64,000 bases of DNA from an uncultured Actinomycetota bacterium (GTDB taxonomy: Bacteria > Actinomycetota > Actinomycetes > JAFAQI01), in contig CAVYQE010000011.1 in assembly GCA_963770565.1 (NCBI GenBank), forward strand, positions 256,001 to 320,000, given 5' to 3'. A model generated the notes under the pieces. It was not told the origin of the DNA. It saw only the letters and a list, made by a program, of their open reading frames with translations, and ran no database searches. This document shows, piece by piece, positions 43,290 through 51,781 of this stretch. Within the stretch, counting starts at the first letter, position 1; the number at the start of each line of letters is the position of its first letter. Both the position numbers and the translations under genes were made by a program.

Positions 43290-43739
43290 TCACGTTAGTT
43301 GCGGCTCGCCGACCTGTGCTTCTCGATTCCTGATCGGTCTGGTCACCTGTTTCGCCACGCACGGCAGCATCCCCGCCGTGGCGTCCGCCTCGTTCTGACG
43401 GTAGGCGCTGGGGGACATGCCGACTAGCTCGGTGAAGCGGGTGCTGAAGGTGCCGAGCGAGGAGCAGCCGACCTCGTAGCAGACCTCGGTGACGCTGAGG
43501 TCGCCGCGACGCAGCAGGGCCATCGCACGCTCGATCCGCCGGGTCATGAGATATCCGTACGGCGGCTCGCCGTACGCCCGCCGGAACTGCCGGCTGAGGT
43601 GCCCGGCCGACATATGCGCGTCGCGGGCGAGCGCCTCGACGTCGAGCGGCTGTGCGTAGTCCCGGTCGATCCGGTCCCGCACCCGGCGCAACCGCGCGAG
43701 GTCGCGAAGGTGCTGCTCCTCGGCAGGTGTGCGGGCCAC
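43290..43739 (-). CDS. AraC-family regulator
   Basis: RRIERAMALL, VGCSSLGTFSTRF. Confidence 0.92.
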   Translation of the reverse strand: MARTPAEEQHLRDLARLRRVRDRIDRDYAQPLDVEALARDAHMSAGHLSRQFRRAYGEPPYGYLMTRRIERAMALLRRGDLSVTEVCYEVGCSSLGTFSTRFTELVGMSPSAYRQNEADATAGMLPCVAKQVTRPIRNREAQVGEPQLT

Positions 43740-43798
43740 GAGAAAATCGTGCCACAACCCGCAAACAATGGCTCCCGTTGCTCCGACGGCCACCGCCC

Positions 43799-43889
43799 CG
43801 AACGAGCACACAACGGGGCCCGACGTGCCGCTGAAACCGGACAGTGCAGCACTACGGGCACATTGGCCCGCCTGTTGTGTGCTGCTTCG
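43799..43889. repeat. Dispersed inverted-repeat element, copy 3
   Basis: AGCACACAAC (43805)-N59-GTTGTGTGCT (43874), outer arms degenerate. Confidence 0.75.
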
Positions 43890-43955
43890 GCGTAGCGGTC
43901 GGTGCTGGGATCACACGGATTTGCGTGATCTCAGGATTCCATGTAAATTGTGCTC

Positions 43956-44462
43956 ATGCCGAGTGACGCTGAGATCACCTTCGCCGACCACGCTGGCCGG
44001 CTCTACGCCCGCCGCTACGGAATGGCGCCGATGGTCGGCCGGCTGCTGGGGTACCTGATGATCTGTGACCCGCCGGAGCAGAGCATCGCCGAGCTGGCCG
44101 AGGCCCTCCTTGCCAGCCGGAGTGCCATCGCGGGCGCGGTCAACTCCCTGGAGCAGCTGGGGCTGGTACGCCGCACCCGCGCGGCGGGGGAGCGGCTGGA
44201 CCGGGTCGCGATCGACCGGACATCGCGACGGGCCTGGGGCTTCGACGAGACCGAGTACCACGAGCTCGCCCAGCTGGCACAGGAGGGCCTGACAGTGCTC
44301 GCCGATGCCCCGCAGGAGCGGCGGGCGGTGCTCTTGGAGTTCTCGGCACTCGCCAACTGGCTGATCGCGCGGCTCCCGGAATGGGAACGGGACTGGAACG
44401 CCCACCGCGATGCTCTGCGCGCAGCCGGCGATCTGCCCAACGACACGGAAAACGATAGGTAG
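43956..44462 (+). CDS. GbsR/MarR-family regulator
   Basis: GRLLGYLMICDP.EQSIAELAEAL. Confidence 0.85.
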   Translation: MPSDAEITFADHAGRLYARRYGMAPMVGRLLGYLMICDPPEQSIAELAEALLASRSAIAGAVNSLEQLGLVRRTRAAGERLDRVAIDRTSRRAWGFDETEYHELAQLAQEGLTVLADAPQERRAVLLEFSALANWLIARLPEWERDWNAHRDALRAAGDLPNDTENDR

Positions 44463-44468
44463 GCATTC

Positions 44469-45446
44469 ATGACAACCAACTCAAGCGCCGCGGCGATCAC
44501 CGCTCGCGGCGTGCGCAAGTCCTTCGGCGACCACGTCGTGTTGGACCAGGTGGACCTCGAGGTTGCCGAAGGAACCGTCTTCGCGCTGCTCGGTCCCAAC
44601 GGTGCCGGCAAGACGACGATGGTCCGCATTCTGACCACGCTGATCCGCGCCGATGCCGGCGAGATCCGGGTCGCCGGACACGAGGTGGCGAACGACCCGG
44701 ACGACGTACGAGGCGTGATCGGGGTGACCGGTCAGTTCTCCGCGGTGGACAACCTGCTCACCGGAGCGGAGAACCTTCGCCTCATGGCCGACCTCCGCCA
44801 CCTCGGCCGCGAGAAGGGGCGACAGCGGGTCGACGAACTGCTCGAGCGCTTCGACCTTGTCGATGCCGCGAACAAGCCGGTGTCGACGTACTCGGGTGGA
44901 ATGCGGCGGCGGCTGGACCTTGCGATGACCCTGGTCGGCGCGCCGCGGGTGATCTTCCTCGACGAGCCCACGGCCGGGCTCGACCCACGCAGCCGGCGGA
45001 CGATGTGGCAGATCATCGGCGAGCTCGTCCGCGACGGGGTCACGATCCTGCTCACCACTCAGTACCTTGAGGAAGCCGACCAGCTCGCCGACCGGATTGC
45101 CGTCCTCGATCACGGGCGCATCGTCGCGGCCGGCACGGCGGCCGAGCTCAAGCGCCGCGTGTCCGGCGGTCATGTCAACCTGACGTTCCCCAGTGAGGGC
45201 GCATTGCAGGCCGCCGCCGCATTACTGCCTGCCTCGGTGTCCGAGCTCGAGCAGCTCAGCCTTCAGGTCCCCGGAGACGGGAGCGTCGACTCCGTCCGTG
45301 GCCTGCTCAACCTCTTGTACGACGAAGACGTCGTCGTCGAACAGTTCTCGATCCATACCCCCGATCTTGACGACGTGTTCTTTGCCGTCACCGGCCACCT
45401 CGTCGAGCTAGACCCGCCAGCACTTCAGGAGACAGCGACATCATGA
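44469..45446 (+). CDS. DrrA-like ABC exporter ATP-binding protein
   Basis: GPNGAGKT, YSGGMRRRLDLA, LTTQYLEEAD. Confidence 0.95.
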   Translation: MTTNSSAAAITARGVRKSFGDHVVLDQVDLEVAEGTVFALLGPNGAGKTTMVRILTTLIRADAGEIRVAGHEVANDPDDVRGVIGVTGQFSAVDNLLTGAENLRLMADLRHLGREKGRQRVDELLERFDLVDAANKPVSTYSGGMRRRLDLAMTLVGAPRVIFLDEPTAGLDPRSRRTMWQIIGELVRDGVTILLTTQYLEEADQLADRIAVLDHGRIVAAGTAAELKRRVSGGHVNLTFPSEGALQAAAALLPASVSELEQLSLQVPGDGSVDSVRGLLNLLYDEDVVVEQFSIHTPDLDDVFFAVTGHLVELDPPALQETATS

Positions 45447-46264
45447 GCAACGCCTTCGCCTTTACCGTGACCGACTCCGCCACGATGCTTCGCCGCAATC
45501 TCAAGCATCAGCTGCGCTACCCGTCGCTGACGCTGATGCTGGCCGGATTCCCGATCCTGTTCCTGCTGCTGTTCGTCTACGTATTCGGCGGGCAGCTCGG
45601 TGCGGGTCTCGGCGCGGCCGGCCATGTCAGTCCGAACCGGCACGCCTATCTCACCTACGTGGTCCCGGGCATCCTGATCATGACCGTCGCGTCGGCCGCG
45701 CTCGGCACGGCGATCTCGATCGCCATGGACATGACCGAGGGAATCATCGACCGGTTCCGCACCATGGCGATCGGTCGTGCTGCGGTGCTCACCGGCCACG
45801 TTCTCGGCACCATCATCCAGACGTCGATCGTGCTCGTGCTCGTCGCCGGCGTCGCACTGGCTATCGGTTTCCGTCCGCATGCCGGCGTCGTCGACTGGCT
45901 CGCAGCGATCGGCGTACTCCTGCTGTTTGCCGCGGCGTTGATCTGGCTGTCCACCGCTCTCGGCCTGGCCGCGAAGAGCGTTGAAACGGCGAGCAACACT
46001 CCGATGTTCCTGACCCTGCTGCCGTTCTTGTCCAGCGCATTCGTCCCGACATCGACCATGCCGGCGGGGTTGCGTCAGTTCGCCGAGTACCAGCCGTTCA
46101 CTCCGACCATCCAGGCCATCCGCGGCCTGCTCGTCGGCGGGCCCGTCCTGAGCCACGCGATCGCCGCGATCGCGTGGAGCGTCGCCATCACCCTGGCCAG
46201 CTATCTCTGGTCGATCCGCCTCTACAACCGGCGCCGGGCCGCTGACCCCAAGACCGCGGGGTAA
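45443..46264 (+). CDS. ABC-2 (DrrB-like) permease
   Basis: GIIDRFRTM, SSAFVP..TMP, six TM segments. Confidence 0.92.
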   Translation: MSNAFAFTVTDSATMLRRNLKHQLRYPSLTLMLAGFPILFLLLFVYVFGGQLGAGLGAAGHVSPNRHAYLTYVVPGILIMTVASAALGTAISIAMDMTEGIIDRFRTMAIGRAAVLTGHVLGTIIQTSIVLVLVAGVALAIGFRPHAGVVDWLAAIGVLLLFAAALIWLSTALGLAAKSVETASNTPMFLTLLPFLSSAFVPTSTMPAGLRQFAEYQPFTPTIQAIRGLLVGGPVLSHAIAAIAWSVAITLASYLWSIRLYNRRRAADPKTAG

Positions 46265-46305
46265 CGCAGAGAGGCGGAGTAAGCTGGGCTCGGATCAGGG
46301 CGGCC

Positions 46306-47463
46306 CTACTTGCCGGCCGTCCACTTGTGGCCGTGCAAGGTGAAGGTCATCGCGTGGCCGCTGGTGTGGAAGTCGGGGTAGTGCGTGCCGACGGCGAAGA
46401 CGTGCTTGGCCGAGCTCGCGCTGATGGCGTAGATGTAGTTCAGGCCCTTGCCGTGCGTCACGTACTGCTTCGTCCACGCTCCACCCGACGTGTGCAGGAT
46501 GGCTGACACCTCGTAGTTCTTGGCGTTGCGCCACTGCGCGACCGCCCAGCCCTGCGTGCCGGCGACCGTCAGGTCGACGATGACCGCGGTCGACGGGACG
46601 CCCTTGATCGTGGCCTTCGACCACTTCTTGCCGTTGAACTTCATGATCGCCCGCTTGCCCGCAGCGTCCGTACCGGCGACGTAGACGAGGTGCGGCGAGC
46701 TGGTCGCGATTGGACCTGGGTACGTCACCGGTGCCGGGCCGAGGTCGGTCCAGCTCGACCCCTTCCACACCAACAGGTTGCCGTCTCCGCGGGTGGCCCA
46801 GGTGTTGTTCGGCGCCGAGGTGCTGGCGTCATTCTGCCCGTCGTAGTTCACACTCTGCGGCGTGTCGGTGAACGCCCACTTCTTGCCGTCGTAGTGCAGG
46901 GCCTGCGGGCCGCCGGTGTCTGTAGCGAGGTAGATCCCGCCCACGGCCCAGACGTTGCTCGGCGAGCTGGCGGTGATCGCGCCGACGCCGACGGCGCCGG
47001 ACGCGGTTCCGGGCAGCTTCATCGCCACGAACTTCTTGCCCTTCAACCGGAAGATCGCTGGCTTGTCATCGATGCCATGCGGGACCTGGACGGCCCCGCC
47101 GACATAGACGTTGTTCTTCGATACCGCGTCCACCGAGGCGAGGTTTCCGTAGCGGCCACCGAGCTTCGATGTCCACACTTTCGTGAGGTGGCCGTTGTGC
47201 AGGAGCATGATCGAGAACCTGTCGTTGTCCACCCCGAACCCGCGCGCTTCGACGACGTAGGCGTACGACGTGCCTGGCACCGCTGCGACGGCACGCAGGT
47301 CGGTGGTTGCCCCGTCCCTTCGGCTTCCTTGCTTCGGCAACTGGTGCTGGCGGGCGGTCATGCCTGGACGGTGTGGTGTCGCCCCGGCGTATCCGCCGGC
47401 GGCGAGCACGGACAGGATCGATGCGCCGATGGCGGCGCGCAGCACGGTCGAGCGTGTAGTCAT
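46306..47463 (-). CDS. Secreted beta-propeller-like hypothetical protein
   Basis: Signal peptide; repeated S.SNVWAVG...HYDG.KW blades. Confidence 0.75.
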   Translation of the reverse strand: MTTRSTVLRAAIGASILSVLAAGGYAGATPHRPGMTARQHQLPKQGSRRDGATTDLRAVAAVPGTSYAYVVEARGFGVDNDRFSIMLLHNGHLTKVWTSKLGGRYGNLASVDAVSKNNVYVGGAVQVPHGIDDKPAIFRLKGKKFVAMKLPGTASGAVGVGAITASSPSNVWAVGGIYLATDTGGPQALHYDGKKWAFTDTPQSVNYDGQNDASTSAPNNTWATRGDGNLLVWKGSSWTDLGPAPVTYPGPIATSSPHLVYVAGTDAAGKRAIMKFNGKKWSKATIKGVPSTAVIVDLTVAGTQGWAVAQWRNAKNYEVSAILHTSGGAWTKQYVTHGKGLNYIYAISASSAKHVFAVGTHYPDFHTSGHAMTFTLHGHKWTAGK

Positions 47464-47544
47464 GGATCTCCCCCCAGATTCCACGCGATCATTGCAGGGC
47501 AACCGACGGCTGTCTCGCGTTTGCCAGGTGTGACCTGCCGCTCG

Positions 47545-47588
47545 TGGAGCGGGCGACCGGGATCGAACCGGCATGGCCAGATTGGAAG
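47545..47588 (-). repeat. att core copy 1: 3' half of tRNA-Gly(TCC), including CCA
   Basis: Minus strand CTTCCAAtCTGGCCATGCCGGTTCGATCCCGGTCGCCCGCTCCA; one mismatch against the other copies; no 5' half. Confidence 0.9.
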
Positions 47589-47727
47589 CGGCAGTCGACG
47601 GGCTCACGGTGTGACCGTTGCGCTCGCGCGAATGGCACGAAGTGAACACGAAGTGAACAGGCTGGGGTACGTCTTTGGGTACGCCCACCTGCTTGCGGGG
47701 GTTGGCTCGAGATTTCAGCTGGCTAGG

Positions 47728-47748
47728 CGGTATCAACCTCGGTATCAT
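47728..47748 (+). promoter_or_regulatory. CGGTATCA direct repeats overlapping a TATCAT -10 box (TA operator)
   Basis: Two copies just upstream of the antitoxin ATG. Confidence 0.55.
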
Positions 47749-47755
47749 CGAGTAC

Positions 47756-47959
47756 ATGGCGATGACTCTTCGGTTGGACGATCAGGAGACTGATGCGCTG
47801 CGTCAGCAGGCAGAGAACGAGGGCCGCTCGATGCAGGAGATCGCGCGGCAGGCAGTTCGTGAGTATGTCGAGCGCACGAGCAAGCGTGCGTTGATCGACC
47901 GCGCGCTTGCCGAAGAGCTTCCGCGGTATGCCGAGGCACTTCGTCGGCTCGGAGAGTGA
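47756..47959 (+). CDS. RHH/CopG-family antitoxin
   Basis: MAMTLRLDD...EGRSMQEIARQAV; GTGA overlap with the toxin. Confidence 0.85.
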   Translation: MAMTLRLDDQETDALRQQAENEGRSMQEIARQAVREYVERTSKRALIDRALAEELPRYAEALRRLGE

Positions 47960-48363
47960 TCTACCTCGGCGTCGAGGACCTGCTGCACATTGCCGAAGAA
48001 GCACTCGGAAATGTCGAGGTTCGTGACATCGGCCTGCTCGAGTCCGCGGCCGCGAGACCCCAGGCCAGCGCGTTCGGCGAGGATGCGTACGCGACGATCC
48101 ACGAGAAGGCCGCGGCTCTCATTCACTCGATCGCCCGCAATCACGCGCTAGTCGACGGCAACAAGCGACTCGCGCTCGCCGGTGGCGCCACGTTTCTGTG
48201 GATCACCGGGCTGCGGCTGACACTTACCAATGGCGAGGCCTACGACTTCATCATCGCGATTGCCTCCGGCCAGCTCGACGACATCGGGAGCATCGCCGAC
48301 ACGCTTCGGCGCCAGACCGAGCCGCTGCCGCCGGTGGCGACAGGTCCGAAGGGTGAGCTCTGA
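47956..48363 (+). CDS. doc: Doc/Fic-family toxin
   Basis: VRD.GLLESA..RP, KAAAL..S...NHALVDGNKR. Confidence 0.92.
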   Translation: MIYLGVEDLLHIAEEALGNVEVRDIGLLESAAARPQASAFGEDAYATIHEKAAALIHSIARNHALVDGNKRLALAGGATFLWITGLRLTLTNGEAYDFIIAIASGQLDDIGSIADTLRRQTEPLPPVATGPKGEL

Positions 48364-48406
48364 TGTCAAAGAACAAGATCGATTGAGGACGCATGCACTT
48401 GGGTCA

Positions 48407-48448
48407 GAGCGGGCGACCGGGATCGAACCGGCATGGCCAGCTTGGAAG
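48407..48448 (-). repeat. att core copy 2: tRNA-Gly(TCC) 3' half
   Basis: GAGCGGGCGACCGGGATCGAACCGGCATGGCCAGCTTGGAAG; lacks the terminal CA. Confidence 0.9.
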
Positions 48449-48553
48449 CGAACGCAGGCTTTGTTGCTGACCAGCTGTGCGCGAGATCGCGCTGCCGGTC
48501 ATCGTCGAAGAGGCTCCTTCCCCGTCGAGTGAAGCCCCGAGTATGCCCGCGAT

Positions 48554-48620
48554 GGGGCACGAAGTGGACATGCCATCGGCGGCCCGTGGGGACGCTCGTG
48601 GGGACGCTCGTGGGGACGCC
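48554..48620. repeat. Left arm repeats of element 2: GGGCACGAAG plus 3x CGTGGGGACGCT
   Basis: 12-bp tandem repeats at 48585, 48597 and 48609. Confidence 0.8.
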
Positions 48621-48650
48621 TGTGACCGTCCGATGTCTCTGACAAGAGAT

Positions 48651-48712
48651 AATACTTCATCGAAGTCTCATACTTCACTCTTGCATTGAAGTATGACTTT
48701 GATTGAAGTATT
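48651..48712. promoter_or_regulatory. Long AT-rich imperfect inverted repeat (4x ATACTTCA), probable AbiEi operator
   Basis: AATACTTCA-TCGAAGTC-TCATACTTCA ... TGAAGTATGA-CTTTGAT-TGAAGTATT directly before the gene. Confidence 0.7.
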
Positions 48713-48720
48713 CTCGGACC

Positions 48721-49728
48721 ATGAGCGTGACCGGCCAGCGCGTTTTCGGCGTGCTTCGCTCCGTCCTGCCACCGGGCACTCCGATACGACATGCACAAGC
48801 GCAAGCTGCGGGTAATGAGGTTGCTCTCACGATCGCTGGACACAAACTTCGGATTCGGTGGCTTGCGGTCGGTTGGCCTCGACAGGTTGAGGAAGCGTTG
48901 CGGCTGCACCCGAAGCCTGATGTGGTCGTTGCGCCACGAATGTCGCCAGGCGCCCGAAGCGCGGCGGCAAGAGCGGGGCTCGGTTGGGCAGACGAGTCCG
49001 GGGCCGCCGAGATTCATCTGCACAACCTTGTCGTCTCGAGATCCGGTGATCCTGCGGTTCCACTCGATTCACGGGTCGGTTGGCGTCCGGCGACACTCGC
49101 GGTCTGTGAAGCCCTTCTGACTGGTCAGTCCACGGCGACAGTCTCGTCTGTCGTTGCGGCGACTGGACTCTCTGTGGGTACCGCCGCGAACTCTTTGAAG
49201 TTTCTTGAGAGGGATGGCTTTCTGGAAAGCGATGCAGCTAGAGGGCGGGAGTCGGCTCGCCGACTGACCGACCCAGACATGTTGCTCGATGCATATGCCG
49301 CGGCCGCGCAACGACTCCGATCGCCGACATCGATACGGGTCGGAGTGCTGTGGCGAGATCCGTTGGCCGGAGCCGCCGAGATAGGGCGCATATGGACGGG
49401 TGTCCGTCTCGCTTGGGCGGCGACAGGCGCACTGTCGGCCGCCGCAATCGCTCCCACACAAACTGAGGTGGCACCGATGGAGATATATGTCTCGGCGCGT
49501 GGACCGAGCGATCTACGGAACGCCGCTGCTCTTGCGGGGTTGTCCGAAATCGAAGGCGGTCGGCTCCTGGTGCGCCCCTTTCCAACGCCCGCTGAGGACA
49601 GCCTGACGACCGAACTCCCGGGCGGCGTCCGATCAATGCTGTGGCCTCGGGTATATGCGGACCTGCGCACGACAGGTGTCCGGGGCGAAGATGCTGCGGA
49701 GCACCTGCGCGAGGTGATGGCAGCATGA
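48721..49728 (+). CDS. AbiEi-like (type IV TA) antitoxin/regulator
   Basis: Central HTH, LLDAYA, A.TG..AA, VYADL..G.RGEDAAEHL C-terminus. Confidence 0.75.
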   Translation: MSVTGQRVFGVLRSVLPPGTPIRHAQAQAAGNEVALTIAGHKLRIRWLAVGWPRQVEEALRLHPKPDVVVAPRMSPGARSAAARAGLGWADESGAAEIHLHNLVVSRSGDPAVPLDSRVGWRPATLAVCEALLTGQSTATVSSVVAATGLSVGTAANSLKFLERDGFLESDAARGRESARRLTDPDMLLDAYAAAAQRLRSPTSIRVGVLWRDPLAGAAEIGRIWTGVRLAWAATGALSAAAIAPTQTEVAPMEIYVSARGPSDLRNAAALAGLSEIEGGRLLVRPFPTPAEDSLTTELPGGVRSMLWPRVYADLRTTGVRGEDAAEHLREVMAA

Positions 49729-50564
49729 CTGAGGCCGATGAGACGCGATCGCTTGCAGCGCGGGCGGCCGCCGAGCTTGCACTCGTACGTGTGGTTCATC
49801 ACTATGGGGGGCGCCCCGAGTTCGTCCTTCTTGGCGGGCTCGTTCCGGCGTTGCTCTGTGCCGGATCGCCACGACGCCATGCAGGCACGAACGACGTAGA
49901 TGTGCAGGTCAATCTTGAGATCGCCGGCGGCGCAGTTCATGCCGCACGTCTCGAACAAGCCTTGCGCAATGCCGAATTCGAGCCCGACTCCGACAGGACA
50001 TGGCGGTGGACGTTCGATCCGACGAAGGACGTGCGCGCCACGGTGAAGTTCGAGTTGCTCGCTGATCTTGAGACCGCGGCCGCTGGGTCAGTGATCAACT
50101 TCGCCGGGTGCGACTCCTTGGGAGCGGCCAACCTCCGAGGGACCGGCTACGCCACCCGCGATGTTCAAGTGCATCGAATCTCAGCCAATGACCACGGCAC
50201 CTTTCGACAAGTCGAGATCAACGTCGCGGGACTAGCTGGATTCCTTCTCGCGAAGACGGCTGCCGCTCATGGACGGCGCAAACCGAAGGATTGGTACGAC
50301 ATCGCCTTCGTGCTGCTTAACAACGACCACGGTGAGGCGCCTGCCGTTGCCGAACGAGTCCTCGAAGTGTTTGGGCCGCCGGCACCCGACCTACGTACTC
50401 AACTCGTGGACCTCAAAGCCAACTTCGAGACGCCTGACACCCAGGGCACGTCCGCGTACGTAGAGCAGATCACTCTCGACCATCCCGATGAGAATCCCTC
50501 CACGGCAGCTGCCGATGCGCAGCTTGCCGTCAGTGCCTTCGTCGGCATCTTGCTCGGGACGTAA
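49725..50564 (+). CDS. AbiEii-like nucleotidyltransferase toxin
   Basis: LLGGLVP...HAGTNDVD; K..A...R.KPKDWYDI; ATGA coupling. Confidence 0.8.
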   Translation: MTEADETRSLAARAAAELALVRVVHHYGGRPEFVLLGGLVPALLCAGSPRRHAGTNDVDVQVNLEIAGGAVHAARLEQALRNAEFEPDSDRTWRWTFDPTKDVRATVKFELLADLETAAAGSVINFAGCDSLGAANLRGTGYATRDVQVHRISANDHGTFRQVEINVAGLAGFLLAKTAAAHGRRKPKDWYDIAFVLLNNDHGEAPAVAERVLEVFGPPAPDLRTQLVDLKANFETPDTQGTSAYVEQITLDHPDENPSTAAADAQLAVSAFVGILLGT

Positions 50565-50701
50565 CATGCGTGCGCCGTCTGGCTCGCAGCGGCATCCCCA
50601 CACAAGATCAACAAGGCAGACACACTTAGCTCTACGAGCAACGCGTGTTGTCGCGGGCTACAGGTGACCAACCTCGCGGGGTCCCGTGCAGTCTCATTGG
50701 C

Positions 50702-51661
50702 ATGAGGCGCCCCCTGATGGGAATCCTGCTGGCTGGCTGCCTCGTGGCCTGCTCGAGCCAGACTGCTACCGGGCCGAGGAACGAGGATCGCACTTCGCCC
50801 GTGCGGTCGAGTGCGACCGACCCGTCTTTCGTTGCCTTCGAGCCCGGGCGACACGACCGGCTCTTGGTGGTCGACGCCGCGACGGGCCACGTGCAACGGA
50901 GCACGGAGGGACCGGGTTCGGAGGGCTATGCCATAGACCTCAAGTCGCACGTCGCGCTCCTGCCGGTTGTCTTGTCGAGTTGCCGGCTCGCGATAGAGCG
51001 GGTGCCGCTTTCGACTTCTAGCAGGGAGGGAGTCAAGCGTCGCGTAGGGATTGTCCGAGGCGGTCCGGTTGACGACGTAGAGGCGCAGCCCGCGCTGAGC
51101 CCGAGCGGCAAGAAACTGGCCGTCATCGTCGCCTCGCCTCCGTCGGTCAACTCGGGAATGGGGTCCGACTGCGGCGACACGGATCGAGTTGCGGTCGTCT
51201 CTCTTCCGGCAGGCACCGTGCGCTACGTGACAAGCCAGGCAGGTGACCAGCTCGACGACCTTGCCTGGGCCGGATCGCGGCTCCTGGTTCGAGTCACGTC
51301 GCCGACCCGTCCTGCAAGGGGCCGTGTCGTCGAGATCGGGAGCGAGACCGACAGCGTGGTGGCTTCCCCAACAGTGCTCATCGAGCGACGGGGACGACCA
51401 GGTCCGGTCTTTCGATGGGGGGCCGGCCTGGCGGTAGTCGATTCAGGCGGACTTCATCGTGTTGCACGCGGCCGTATCGCCGCGAAAGCGTTAGCGGGGA
51501 CCGTCGGGTTGCCCACCTTGGTTGTCCGAGTATCGGTCGCGGCAGATGGACGGGACCTCTTGCTGCAAACGAACGCGGGCGACCTCTATTGGTGGAACGG
51601 CGACTCGACAAGACAGATCCCAGTCACCGTTCCCGGGCACTGGGACGAGCCCGTTTGGTGA
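50702..51661 (+). CDS. Hypothetical lipoprotein (TolB/propeller-like)
   Basis: Lipobox LVAC; PALSPSGKKLAV repeat-like motif. Confidence 0.65.
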   Translation: MRRPLMGILLAGCLVACSSQTATGPRNEDRTSPVRSSATDPSFVAFEPGRHDRLLVVDAATGHVQRSTEGPGSEGYAIDLKSHVALLPVVLSSCRLAIERVPLSTSSREGVKRRVGIVRGGPVDDVEAQPALSPSGKKLAVIVASPPSVNSGMGSDCGDTDRVAVVSLPAGTVRYVTSQAGDQLDDLAWAGSRLLVRVTSPTRPARGRVVEIGSETDSVVASPTVLIERRGRPGPVFRWGAGLAVVDSGGLHRVARGRIAAKALAGTVGLPTLVVRVSVAADGRDLLLQTNAGDLYWWNGDSTRQIPVTVPGHWDEPVW

Positions 51662-51781
51662 CTCGGACCTCGGGGACGCTGGAGAGTTGCGCCGAAGGCA
51701 TCTGGCGTCTCGGCCGAGCTCTCGTCCGATTTCCTGTGAGGCTCACCCACGGCTAATGGACGAAGCGCCAGACCTTGGTTC

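Larger units (their letters stand above)
47545..48448. mobile_element. Element 1: integrase-less mini-island carrying only an RHH-Doc TA pair
   Basis: Bounded by att cores 1 and 2; arm-like repeats at 47636-47683. Confidence 0.75.

Noticed and set aside
34549-43889. Classical integron cassette array
   Set aside because: The elements are 4-5 kb apart with several genes of mixed orientation between them, and the integrases in the window are phage/island-type rather than IntI.
48585-48620. CRISPR array or iterons
   Set aside because: The 12-bp repeats abut with no spacers, no cas or rep gene is present, and the same motif recurs at the other island end, which fits integrase arm sites.
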